Made by a program: the position numbers and the translations under genes. The notes under the pieces are model-generated. The model ran no database searches. It saw only the letters and a list, made by a program, of their open reading frames with translations, and was not told the DNA's origin. 64,000 nucleotides of DNA. Source: Octopus sinensis (Eukaryota). Where the stretch lies: positions 90,892,001-90,956,000 of the forward strand of contig NC_043004.1 in the NCBI RefSeq assembly GCF_006345805.1, read 5' to 3'. This document shows positions 14,291-26,542 of the stretch, one piece after another. Positions within the stretch are counted from its first letter, which is position 1. The number at the start of each line of letters is the position of its first letter.

Positions 14291-16171
14291 ACTACTTGTT
14301 AAAAATCGAGAGTAAGAGCTGCAGTGTCTCTGTAGCCCTTGCAAAGCCAGCTTAAATAATGATGATATACTTTTCAACTTGAATTTCTTTTAGCTGAAGA
14401 GTTTTTTTTCTTATTTTTTGTTCTTTTTCATGGAGTAGAGATGACCATACACTGAGATAGGGGATTTGCATCGGTTGGGTGAAAGGACTGAAAAATATGT
14501 TATGTGTAGTGTGGAATTTGGTGGAAGTGGAGTGTGAGGGGGTGGGTGAGGCAACATGCAAGATACAGTAGAAGTGAGATGAGGAGCTGGAGATGGCACA
14601 GAGATTGTTTAGTTCTGAGGAGTAGGAGGACTGTTGAAGCAGACAATTGTAGAAGAGATAGGGGAGGACTTTTCCACTGCTAGTACAAAGACAGTTTAGG
14701 GAGGAAAAACATACATGTCACAGTATGCTATTATCCCCTCCATCATACACACACACACACATGCACATCACCTAAAAAAAAAAAGATATAGAGCCATTTA
14801 TGTCAAAGTCACAATAGAAAAAATAACTCCAATATTTATAATTTGTGTTGTGTCAAGGCTTCAATGAGCCAAAAGGAAAAAAAAAGAATTCAAATTTTGG
14901 TCGGCTAATGACTTTGTTGTCATCTTTGGTTGAAGGTTGTTCATTTCACAAAACTCCAGTCAGGTGCCCTTCTGAGAGACACGACCTTTTAAGCACTTAA
15001 CCTTCTCCTTCCCCAATTCATTCAAAAGTTAAAAAACAATATTACTGTGTTGTGCTGAGGCTTCAAGGAGTAAAAGAATAAGGTTCTGGCAAACATCAAT
15101 TCAAGAGCAGGAAGGAATGTTTTTTCACTCTTGTTTGGAGCCCATCCTATTTATCTTACTATGTAACATTGCTAATTGCCCACTTGAAAAATATCTGGCA
15201 TGAATGTCACAAAATCCCATTCCACACTTCTCTCTCCCTTCCATTACAAATCTCATATAGATCTGTGGAATTGTGCCTAAGTTAAAAGAAGAAAAAAAAA
15301 ATCAAAAATAAAAAAAAATGTCAATATTTGTACAGTACATAGTGACTGTTGTAGAATTAAGAGATAAAACTTCTGGCTGTGACACACATTTAGAATTCCT
15401 GGTATGAATCCAGTTCACTTCATTTACAGCTAATATTTGCCATTAGAGGAAAGGCATGAATGATATAGAATCCCATTTTCCCCATTTCCCTTTAATTCAT
15501 AAGATAAGGTCTTTTATGCCTGCTTGGTCATGAATTTAGGTTAAAAAAAAAACAAAAAAAAAAGTTTGTAAATTACATATTAGACATCCTTAGATCTTTC
15601 AAACCTGAATTCATGTCTACACATGTTCTTAGTAGTCTTTCTTGTATATTTATATTTTCCTATTCACATATAAACAGATATATAACAAACATGTGACAGC
15701 ATGTGACAAATAAATAACATATTTGTAACCTATTAGATTAGAAATAAAGGATTTTCAATCAGAGACTTAAAATGAAAAGAAGGCAAACAGTTTTCAAGTT
15801 TATATACTCACACATATATGAACACTTACACTACAAGCAAAATTACACAGACACACGCATATGAATAGATTACACATGTAAACACTTGGAAAATCTTATC
15901 AAAACATAATAAATAAGGATTAAGACTTGCAAAAGAAGGTTGAATACTAAAACTTGTATGATGAGATTATAAAATTGTAACAAAAATACTGAGACAAAAA
16001 ACCCCCCCAAAAAAACCCTAATAAAAATCAAAGAATTTGAAGGTAGAGTGCATATGTTATTAATTAGGCAATACTCTCAGTGAACAGAAAATTAAACTTT
16101 ATACACGTGTGTGTATACACATATACATACATGGACACATGCACATATTTACATGCATATACATATATTGT

Positions 16172-16489
16172 GGTGGAGGTGCAATGGCCCAGTGTTAAGG
16201 GCAGCGGATGCGCAGTCATAGGATCGCGATTTCGATTCCCAAACCAGGCGTTGTGAGTGTTTATTGAGTGAAAACACCTAAAGCTCCATGAGGCTCCAGC
16301 AGGGGCTTGTGGTGATCCCTGCTGTACTCTTTCGCCACAATTTTCTCTCACTCTTTCTTCTGTTGGCCTGCTTGCTTAGCTAGCGGGGTGGCATCATTTG
16401 AAGGCTAAAACAATGCGAAGCGCATTGTGACCAGCGATGTGTAGCAATATCATATAGCCTGGTCGGTCACGGTGATCACGGTGATATAT
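16172..16489 (+). mobile_element. Family E SINE, tail type 1
   Basis: A-box-like TGGCCCAGTG and B-box-like GATTTCGATTCC. Central TTCGCCACAATTTTCTCTCACTCTTTC is shared with the 24476 copy. 9-bp TSD ATATATTGT. Confidence 0.75.
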
Positions 16490-17213
16490 ATATATTGTAT
16501 ACATACATTATATAGATATATGAATTCCGTTAGCATTTTTTAATAACCATTGCAAATTTGTTTTTTTTTCAAAACATCAATTGTATGATTGAGCCTGTGC
16601 ACATACACAAATGTGTGTGTGTGCACGCGTGCATGTGTGTAGATATGACCCAGGTGGTAATTTCAATGTATGATTAAGGGAACAAACTTGCATTGAATTA
16701 CTGTACAATGTGGCTGGGTATTCCAAAGGCACATGTACCTTGATGGTTATTCTAAAGCAGAATTTGAACACAACAGTGTGGTAAGGCTGGACTTTTGAAT
16801 TACAGGTATACTATAGGCTTCGACATAGTTTCTGTTTATCCACCCAGAAAGCTTAGCTCACATGAGTTCATAAGATTGAACTCAGGGTTTCTTAGTTGTG
16901 AAGTGATCTTAATCACTCAGCCATGCCTGTGTAAAATATATGCCTACATATACGTGCATGTATTTATTTATTCATTTTATGTAGCAAAGTAGTACATCCT
17001 TGGTTATGGCATATAACAGGTCAGAAAGTTACTATTGCTTTTACTTCTACTATTGCACTTCACAATATAGGTGGCTCATCAGACCGACTGACTGGAAGCA
17101 CATAGTCCCTTTTAAATGCCATAATGAAGGATGTACTATTCAACTACATTAAATATAACTGCTCAAAATATCTTTAAGAGTGTGCTGTTTTTCTGACATA
17201 AGGATAACTGACT

Positions 17214-17252
<39 letters not shown>

Positions 17253-17439
17253 GTGTGTAATAAATTTATTACAGGACATTGATAAGGTGAAGAGCATGAT
17301 GGCCTAAGGTTTCTATTCCACACACTAGTTTATCCGAAGGTTGATGTCCTTTGGAGTGTAAAACCTACTACTGAGCCCAATATTTGGTTATGTGTCACAC
17401 TTTATTGTGCCCTTTTATATATATATGTATATATATATA

Positions 17440-17840
17440 TCATCATTCAACATCTACTATTCCATGCTTGCATAAGTTAGATGGATTTGTTGGGGCTGAT
17501 CTTCTCCTCTTTTTGTCACCAACCCATACCTGTTTCCAAACAAAGTAATATTTCCCCATGGCCAGACATATCTTTTTATGGAAGACTGGAAACAAACAAC
17601 ATCACTTGTATGAGGGTAAAGCTCATTTACAATCATCAGATGATGTGAAGACAAGAGCACACACATACATATATTCATATACGGTGGGATTCCTTCAGTT
17701 TCTGCCTACCAAATCCACCAACAAGGTTTTGGTCTCCCACCAAGGCTAAAGTAGAAGATACTTGCCCAAAATGCTTTGCAGTGAGAATGAATTCAAAAGC
17801 ACATGGTTGCTAAGGAAGCTTCTTAACCACACAGCCATAC
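17440..17840 (-). mobile_element. Chimeric SINE (family B head + family A-type tail), old copy
   Basis: Reverse complement of the B head at 17690-17835 is joined through a CA microsatellite to a GGAAGGGCATCC-like/(GAT)n tail. Confidence 0.6.
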
Positions 17841-17867
17841 TTGATCTTTGTCATCAAATGAAATCAT

Positions 17868-18065
17868 AGTTGTGGCTGGTGCTGGTGACCTGTAAAAAGG
17901 CACCCACTACACTCTTGGAGTTGTTGTCGTTAGGAAGGGTAACGAGCTGTTGAAACCATGACAAAGCCAGATTGGATTCGGGTGCACCTCTCCAGCTTAC
18001 CAGTTCCACTCAAATCATACAACTCATGCCAGCATGGAAAACAGATGCTAAATGATGATGATGAT
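17868..18065 (+). mobile_element. Family A element, 3' part, diverged
   Basis: GTAAAAAGGCACCCACTACACTC...TAGGAAGGG...CATGCCAGCATGGAAAA...GATGATGATG. Confidence 0.7.
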
Positions 18066-18559
18066 GTATACACACACACGCATGAATATATAAAATATGC
18101 ATCCACATACATGTGTGTGTGTGTATGTATATATATATATACAAAAATATATAATAGCAGTGTATTTGACTTGAAGCATTATTACAGTATGGTTAAGTAA
18201 GATAAATGTTTGTAAGATGCTTAAGCAATGCAGGTGAGGAGTTAATAAAATATGTAAGGTGATGTCAATGAATGAAAGATAAAGATATTGTATTTACATA
18301 GGTTGCTTTTATTAGTGTTACAATATTGTCAGACCTAGACTCTGAGTATTTGGTTCTTTTTATTTGAAAAGAGGATCTATCTCAAAATATCAGAGGATTA
18401 TAAAACAACGATAGAACCTCAATTAGCAGACATGGTTTTTCATTGACATCACTTCACATTGAATTTTAAAAAACATTTATCTCACAATCACATATATACG
18501 AGAAAGAGAAAGAGAAAGAGAAATACATATAAATCTATACATAAGTTAATATAGAAGAC

Positions 18560-18860
18560 ATATACATACATACACACACACACATATATATATATATATA
18601 CATATACATAAGTACATATACTTTCATCAATACATGCCAACACACATGTGCCTGCATACGTGCACAAACACACACACACACACACGTGCACACACACGTG
18701 CACACACACGTGCACACACACACATGGCACACACACACATGTGCACACACACACATGTGCACACACACACATGTGCACACACACACACACACATGATGTG
18801 CACACACACACATGTGCACACACACACATGTGCACACACACACACACACAAACACACATA
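18560..18860. repeat. (CA)n-derived minisatellite with CACGTG/CATGTG punctuation
   Basis: Units of 12-14 nt such as CACACACACGTG and CACACACACATGTG. Confidence 0.85.
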
Positions 18861-20647
18861 TGCACTCCTTATCTTGTTCTAAAATCAATTTTTTTCTTCA
18901 AATTTATATAACAAAAAAAGCTAACCATTTCTTGTTAACCACTGAGCAATATACCAACTTGGTGTGTCTCAAATGTACTGATTGAAAACATATCAGACAG
19001 CTTAAAATTCTAGAATATTGCAGTAAATAACTAATAATAATAATAATCTATCTCCTTCCTTTTTATTCAAATTTCAATTCTCAAAAAACAAAAAACACAA
19101 ATGTATTTAGTCTTTGTCAATGTCCACTATTAGCAATGTTTTCCCCACTAAAAAAAAAAAGAAATATTTCAAAAAAGAATTTTCTCTATTGATTTAAGAA
19201 AAGATACGGGGAGTGATCAAAATATTAAAAAATATGATAAATAAATCAATATTGCATTTTTTTCATTCCCTTTTATTGAAATTTACAAAAGGAAAAAAAA
19301 ATCTCCTTCTTTTTGAAGTGCATCTATTAGCAACATTGCAATATAGTAGTGTATATCAAAATATTTGGTTAATAAAATTGTCTAAAGGTTACAAAAATGG
19401 TGGAAAATGTAAGGGATGTCTAACCATCTTGTATTCCTGTCATTTTCATTGAAATATATTAAAGAATAAAACTGAAAAAATAACACGTATGCATTTTTGT
19501 TTTAGATCATTGATGATTAACATATCTCATATGAAACCTCTGAAAACACCTGAAGGTTTCAGAAAGGCCAAAGAAGAAAAAAAGAAAGGACTGAACCATT
19601 TCGTATTTGTGTTCTTTTATTTAAGTATACTTTTAAAAGTTATCTCCAAAAAGCTATCTACTTCTTGTCCTTAACATCATTTTTTTTGGCAACAACCAAA
19701 CAATATTTCTTGAGAGAAATACTTGAAAATGAATTGTCCAAAAGCTTAAGAAATGCTCTAAACCAGTTTAGAAAGAATGAGTATCTTACATTTTTGTATT
19801 TTTAAAATTTAAATTTATGTAATAAATTTCTAAAAAGCTACATACAACATAACAAAAAACAAAAAAAAAACAGCATATGATGGAAATGAATGAAAAAAAA
19901 AATGGCTAAAATCTTTAAAAAAACTAGAAGTGGAGAAAATTTAATGAACAATTTTTATTGTCTTCTTTGTAATGAGATTCCTTGTTTATTAAAAACGGAG
20001 CCAAGAAGAATATTTTTCCCTATGGTTTGACAAATGAAGGGAAAAGATCTATTTGATGTTTTGGAAAAGTTTTGTTTCCAGTTTATTTGACCCTAACTTA
20101 AAATTCTTATTAAAAAAGAAACAAAAACAAATAAATAGAAAACAGAACAGTCTTTAAATTTCACTCTTAGATCAAAGACCAAAGTAAAAAACAAATTAAG
20201 AGATCTCTAATTGTTATTATAATCTATATGGGGAAATAAATCTACATACAGAAAGAACCAAACCTAGAATAACAATACAAACGATTTTAGAACACACCTA
20301 ACTAAGGTGCCATGCAATGGGATTGAACCCCAAAACCATGTTTTTGGGAAGCACACTTCTTAACCCCACCCCACATATATATATATATGTTCATATACAG
20401 TTGATAACAATTGTCCCCTATGTATTTATGTGCATGCATTATTAATTAGAGATACACTAAGCAGTGATGGTTAGAATATTGATAAGTACAATTATATCAA
20501 ACAAGTTCATGTACACTAAGACATGGAAAGGTCTTAGTGGTGGAAACTGTCTTCTTACAAACTTATAATCAATGTGTGTGAAAACACAACATTAGGTTTT
20601 GATTCATGCAATTAAACCATCATTCATAGTCCAGTCATGTGTTTTAA

Positions 20648-20867
20648 CCCTTTCGTTACCAACCCGGCTGAAACCGGCTCTGGCTCTGAGTACAAATGTC
20701 TCGTTTTCATAAGGTTTGAATTAAAATCTTCCACCAAACCTTAGTCAGAATTTATGTTCCTAACACTAGCTTAATGATAACTAAGTTATTTTACTAAATT
20801 CTTTGTTATATTTAAAGTAATTGAAAGAAACACAGAGCATCTCAAAATTAATGCAGTAGTGAAAGGG
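20648..20867. mobile_element. piggyBac-type MITE
   Basis: TTAA at 20644-20647 and 20868-20871. TIRs CCCTTTCGTTAC / GTAGTGAAAGGG. Decayed relatives lie near 8600-8755 and 48665-48901. Confidence 0.85.
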
Positions 20868-21204
20868 TTAACATGCTTTGTTGTCTATAAGGGTTCTGAG
20901 ACAGTTTCCACAGCAAATGTCTTTCCATGTGTGAGTGAATATGAATATATTAATTATAACAATAAACTCACACACATACATACTTAAATCATTCTTATAT
21001 ATGCCTGCATATTATCCATAATGAAATATTCTACATATTTTCCCTGCTTTTCTGATGGTGACCTGCTAACATGCCCAGTGCTAGCCAGGTGGACATCATA
21101 AATATAACTACAAACCATTTTGCAAAATTTATGTTTATGTAATTTATTTCTTACACAAATAAACTGTGTCATTTTTCATAGATACAACACATGTGCATGT
21201 GTGT

Positions 21205-21605
21205 GTGTAAAATTATTTTCAACATCCACTTTTCCATACCTACATAAGTTAGGTGGAATTTGTTGAGGCAAATTTTCTATGGTTGGATGCCTTTCCCATC
21301 ACCAACTGTCACCTGTTACCAAACGAGGTAATTTTTTCCTCAAGGCCAGACATGTTTTAATAAAATCTGAGAATGAACGACACTGCTTGTATGAGAGTGA
21401 CACTCATTTACAACTATTGCATGATATCAAGATAAAGAAATACACACACATAAAAGTTTTCTTTCATTTTCTATTCACCAAATTCACTCACAAGGCTTTG
21501 CTTAGCCTGAGGTTATAGTAGAAGACAATTGCCTAAGGTGCCACACGGTGGGATTGAACCTGGAACGATGTGATTGGGAAGCAAACTTCTTAACCCCTTA
21601 AACAT
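21205..21605 (-). mobile_element. Chimeric SINE (family B head + family A-type tail)
   Basis: 21470-21600 matches the B head in reverse. 21240-21310 matches the GGAAGGGCATCCA.CCATAGAAA tail module. Confidence 0.7.
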
Positions 21606-22142
21606 GCCTATGTCTAATCACACATATGCTGAATGAACAAAAAACAAGAAAAAACACAAGAGGGACAAGTTTTCACAAAGGTGTTATTAGTCTTATGGTT
21701 AAAAGGAAAAAGAGAAAGAGTCTTTGACAATTCGGACATAGAGTCCTTCATCAGGAAAAAGAGGAAAGAAAATTAGAAGGATGGTGGAAAGGAGGAAGAG
21801 CAAAAGAAAGTCAGAGGCTGGCTGGGAATGCAGTTCTACAGGGAGAGTTAAGAGGGGAGAAGAAGATGAAGAGTTGTTTGCATATACAGAATATCTGTGT
21901 AAAGAGATGGGCATGGGGATAAGCAGTGTGGGGTGCAGGTGGTTGGCTGGGTGTACGTGGAGTTGACTGAGATGTGAATGGAATGAAGATGGAAGCAGAG
22001 AAAAAGGGGGGAAGCAGTGGAGAAAACAATGTGGTAAGTGAGAGAAAAAGTGAAAACAGGTCCAAGTGGACATGAAAGAGTATGTAAAAAGGCAGAGAGG
22101 AGGAGAAGAAAAAGAGAATGGTCATGAAATATATATAAAGCA

Positions 22143-22530
22143 CATCATCATCATCATCATCATCATCGTTTAACGTCCGTTCTCCATGCTAGCATGGGTT
22201 GGACGGTTCGACCGGGGGTCTGGGAAGCCAGAAGGCTGCACCAGGCTCCGGTCTTATCTGGCAATGTTTCTACAGCTGGATGCCCTTCCTAACGCCAACC
22301 ACTCCGTGAGTGTAGTGGGTGCTTTTTACGTGCCACCTGCACTGGAGCCAGGCGAGGCTGGCATCAGCCACGGTCGGATTGGTGCATTTTACGTGCCACC
22401 TGCACGGAAGCCAGTCGAGGCGACACTGGCTTCGGCCACAATTCGGATAGTGCTTTTTACGTATCTCCAGTCCAGGGGTCCTGGCATCTGCCAGGTGCCA
22501 GTCATAGGATTGGTTCAATTTCGATTTCGT
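22143..22530 (-). mobile_element. Family A element, young copy
   Basis: (CAT)n + CGTTTAACGTCCGTTCTCCATGCTAGCATGG. Near-identical in reverse to 54790-55028. Confidence 0.9.
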
Positions 22531-23149
22531 ATTGAAAAAAGGGAGAGTTGAAAAAGGAAGAGATGATTATGAAAAGGATATTAAAAAAAAAAGGAATGTA
22601 AAGAAAAAAGTTATTTAACAAAACAAAAAAAATGCACACAAACATTCACACACACACACACACACATCACTGTGTATGTGTGTTTATATACAAGTGTCAT
22701 AATTATGTCTGTATAAAGCCTGTGATTGAAATATAAATCTACCAGACAATGTTGGTGGTGTCAGCAACAAACATCTTCTATATACATCATAATATGTTCA
22801 TATTGGCATTTTCACATCTTATTTCTGATTATACTGATTGGCTATGACAGCTGGCACCTCTCTCAATTCAACATATTTGCTGCATGATCTAGAATGAAAG
22901 AATTGTTTTAACACACACCACACATAGATGTATATGTTGCTGCACCAAATTCCGACTCTCCTACTGCTCAGCTGTCACTTCTTGCTCTGAGACACGTAAG
23001 ACACATCTATAACAGCCCAAGACAATACTACAACACCATCTTGATCACACTCTTCTTCTCATTCAGTCCAAACAAACATAAAGATATATACAACAGTGAA
23101 ATTCTCCGATCGATAACATCTTTCTGATCTTCATGCTCAGTAAGCTGTT

Positions 23150-23330
23150 ATCCTTTATTTAGTTGCTTGACTTGCTAGAAATAGTAGTTAAATTGCCGTC
23201 AAGTCACACTCTGCCATCAGAAATAACTAAAAGGACATGCTATGTAATGCAGCCCTACATAGTCCTGAAAGAAAGGGATCATCACAGTTGGATGCTTTTG
23301 ATCAGGGCAGACGTGCAGGGTCAGATTGGA
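23150..23330 (+). repeat. Old interspersed repeat family (TTGAC.TGCTAGAAATA motif)
   Basis: Similar blocks occur at ~7460-7560 and ~58150-58300. Class not determined. Confidence 0.45.
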
Positions 23331-23865
23331 CAGCAGAGAGAATTCCTCTTTCCTTATCCCATACAGGAACAGATTAGACAATGGGAAAAATGTAACATGC
23401 TTAAACTAATACACTGTATTAGTTTATATAATAAACCACTGCATGTCAGAATGCACAGAATGGTCAACTGGACAAAGGTATTGCCTATCTGAAATAATTG
23501 ATCATAATTTGTTGTTTGAACAACTATCTATGCTCTATAGGACTTCTTGATTAGGACTGACCTGGGGTTAATCAACAGCAACTGCCACCGCCGCCACCAA
23601 TATTAGGATTAAAAGATCAGAAGGTGAAATATGAATGCTAAACTGTTAAAAAAGTTATATAAATAGGGACCATGAAGTGGGGCTTTCTTCCAAATTGTAA
23701 GTAGGTGCAGCTTAACTGAAAATAGGTAGCACTTGGAGGTACAACCTACTTAACTGCTTTTGCATACTGTGAAGTGATACTATCCTTTTAGCTGCACATA
23801 AGTACCATGTGTGGGTACAGTAAAACCAGCTGTAAATAGGTGCCATGTAGAGGTAAAGTCTACTT

Positions 23866-24143
23866 TGTGGTGTATGCAAGAGATTCGAAATAAAGGCACC
23901 TACCTTCCCTTCGCTCAGATGGAGACCCTTCAGCAGTAATGGATCCTTCAACACAGCCCGACCCGAACGCTAGAAATAGCAGCTGCTTCTCCCAACCTTA
24001 ACAAGATGCTGACCCGTCTTACCCGCTCGGCAACCTGCCTCGAAAAAGGCAGAATCCTGCCCTCGCTGCGCGTGCGTCACTGCTGCCCCTTCCGGTCAGC
24101 CCCAAGTTCCAATCAGCTCCCCAGCTGCTGACATCATCCTACA
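23866..24143 (-). mobile_element. Solo LTR
   Basis: TGTGG...CCTACA termini (TG..CA) and 5-bp TSD TACTT at 23861-23865 and 24144-24148. Homologous, in opposite orientation, to 36285-36555. Strand assignment is tentative. Confidence 0.85.
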
Positions 24144-24475
24144 TACTTAACTATAAATAAGTATCATAAGGAGGTACAATTCACTTAGCTATATATCATG
24201 TTAAGGAAGATTGCTCCTAGTGTAACTAAATATCATGAAGAGTTACATACTACTAAACTGTTTAACAGATACCATGAAGTAGTATGGTTTGTTAAGCTAC
24301 AACAAGCTATCAAGAAGAGTTATAGTCTGTGTAGCTGAAAATAAGAAAAGTTGATACTTTTATTCATTTTCCTGCCCCCAAAAGTGTTGTACATTTGTGG
24401 ACTAGGGAAAATTTTAATTCCTTGTCAGGAATAAATCTACTGGATCCAGATATTACCAAAATTACTAATAACTGT

Positions 24476-24794
24476 GTTTTTGTTGTTGTTTGTTTGTTCC
24501 TTCTCGAGCTATGCCTGGCTCATAAGGGCTGGTTTTCCCGGTTTCCTTGGTGTATAAGTTCCCCACCTGGACAGGATGCCGGTCCGTCGCAGGTGAGCTG
24601 CAAGAGGCAGGAGGAAAGAGTGAGAGAAAGTTGTGGCGAAAGAATCAGCAGAAGTTCGTCATTACCTTCTGCCAGAGCCGCATGGAGCTTAGGTGTTTCA
24701 CTCATAAACACACAGACCGCCCGGTCTGAGATCTGAACCCGCGATCCCTCAACCACAAGTCTGCTATTCTAACCACTAGGCCATGTGCCTCCAC
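24476..24794 (-). mobile_element. Family E SINE, tail type 2
   Basis: Same head and central block as 16172 but a different 3' half ending in CAA/CAAA repeats. 12-bp TSD ACTAATAACTGT at 24464-24475 and 24795-24806. Confidence 0.8.
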
Positions 24795-25389
24795 ACTAAT
24801 AACTGTAATATCATCAATTAAATTCCATGCTTACCAACTCTTAATTTCAAATCCTGCAGCCAGCATTACATTGTATCACTGATAAATACACATAACTCTA
24901 CTGCAAATTGAAAAGAGTTTATAGAATGTTAATAAATTCAATTATAGCAAAGAGCAAAAGATCTAATGTTTAGGGCTCTTGATCCTCGGTGCAGAGAAGA
25001 TAAAATGTGAAGGCTTTGTTGGTCTGGCTTCTCATTCACTGCTGACAACCAGATCAGCATCACCTTCATACATTCATACTTTCCATTGGAGGGTAAGAGC
25101 CAAAAATGCTCTTGAACAGATGAATATATTAACATACTACAAACTATCTTTTGTGATAATTGTTACCAATGAAGATCTTTCACCATCTACTTTAGATTCC
25201 AGACTTTATCCTTGCAGCAGTTTACCTGACAGATGACAATATCATCACACTGGTAAGTTCAATTGTTAAAGAAGTTATCAAGCACCAAAAGAAGTTATCT
25301 TGAGCACCAAAAATACATAACTCTACCCAATTCAGTTTACCTGACCAAATGAACAAAAATTAATAAAGTCTAAAGCTCAATGTTATTGG

Positions 25390-25790
25390 ACTGGTAAAGC
25401 TATGAGAGCATTTGACAAAACACTTTACAGTATTTGTCTCAGCTTTTCATATTCTGAGTTCAAATTTTACTAAAGACAGCTTTGCTTTTTTCTGTCCAGG
25501 AGGTGTTGATAAAATAAAGTACCAGTCAAGTACTGGCTTTGATAAAGTCAACTATTCTTTTCTCTCAGGCTTGGAGTTGACAAAGTAACAATCAAGTACT
25601 GGTGTCATGAAAGTGTCAATAAAATATTGGGATTGATAAAATAAAGTACCAAGCAAGTACAGGTGTTGATAAAATAAAGTACTGGCATCAATAAGATAAA
25701 GTATCAGTCATGCAATGGCACTGATAATACCAACTGTTCTCTTCCTTCAAATTTGTGACCTCATGTCTATGTAGAAAACCACTTTCTGAA
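25390..25790 (+). mobile_element. Old family C SINE with internal tandem expansion
   Basis: GTTGATAAAATAAAGTACCAGTCAAGTACTGG-like unit is repeated about 4-5 times in 25500-25720. Confidence 0.65.
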
Positions 25791-26004
25791 GAAGAAACAT
25801 AAATTTGTTACCTGGCTTATGAAAAAAATGAAAAACAAAAAAACAAACAAAAACATTCATAACAACCTTATTTCATAGTTCAGAGGTTAATAATAGGAAG
25901 AGACATCTAACTGAAAAAATTGTCAACTGATGCTTGAGTCAATAAGTAAGTATTTAGTCTCTAGGCCTGTTAGAAATAGCAGGCAAATCTGCAAATTACA
26001 CCAT

Positions 26005-26340
26005 GAAGGTGCATGGCTCAGTGGTTAGAGCATCAGGCTTACAATCATGAGGTAATGAGTTCAATCCCCAGACCAGGCTGTGAGTTGTGTTCTTGAGCAA
26101 GACACTTTACTTCACATTTCTCCAATTCCTTCATCTGTAGAAATGAGTTGCGATGTTACCGGTGCCAAGCTGTATTGGCCGTTGTCTTTCCCTTGGATAA
26201 CATCAATGGCTTTGAGAGGGGAGGCTGGTATGCATGGGTGACTGCTGGTCTCCTATAAGCAACCTGGCCAAGACTTGTGTCTTGGAGGGGAACTTTCTAG
26301 GTGCAATCCCATGGTCATTTATGATCCAAGGGGGTCTAAG
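26005..26340 (+). mobile_element. Family D tRNA-derived SINE (CORE/V-like central block)
   Basis: A box TGGCTCAGTGG, B box GAGTTCAATCCC, then TTCTTGAGCAAGACACTTTAC...CATCTGTAGAAATG resembling the CORE-SINE motif. Confidence 0.7.
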
Positions 26341-26542
26341 ACTTAAAAATGGAAATATTGTATAATGTATATTGCACACACTACATCTGGAAGAAATCTC
26401 AAATTGTAGTATCCAAAACAAACATATGATTATGGCTCTTCTGGATTAAGGCTGAACTAAAGCTACACAACAACAGTATGTGATTCAACTAACTCCTCTA
26501 TCAAAAAAACAAAAAAAAAGGAGAAAATTATTTTAGTCTATA

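Noticed and set aside
17250-17420. Unique segment between TA/TG repeats tested as another hammerhead (GAAACCTTAGGCC on minus)
   Set aside because: No CUGANGA or UUGANAA core and no helix I or II could be built.
21700-22130. Purine-rich stretch with short ORFs and a GGTAAGT motif as a possible exon
   Set aside because: No recognisable protein, no good acceptor and low complexity.
22186-22551. Recurrent ORFs such as MLAWVGRFDRG... and MSSNAR... found at several loci
   Set aside because: They are incidental frames within SINE copies, not a gene family.
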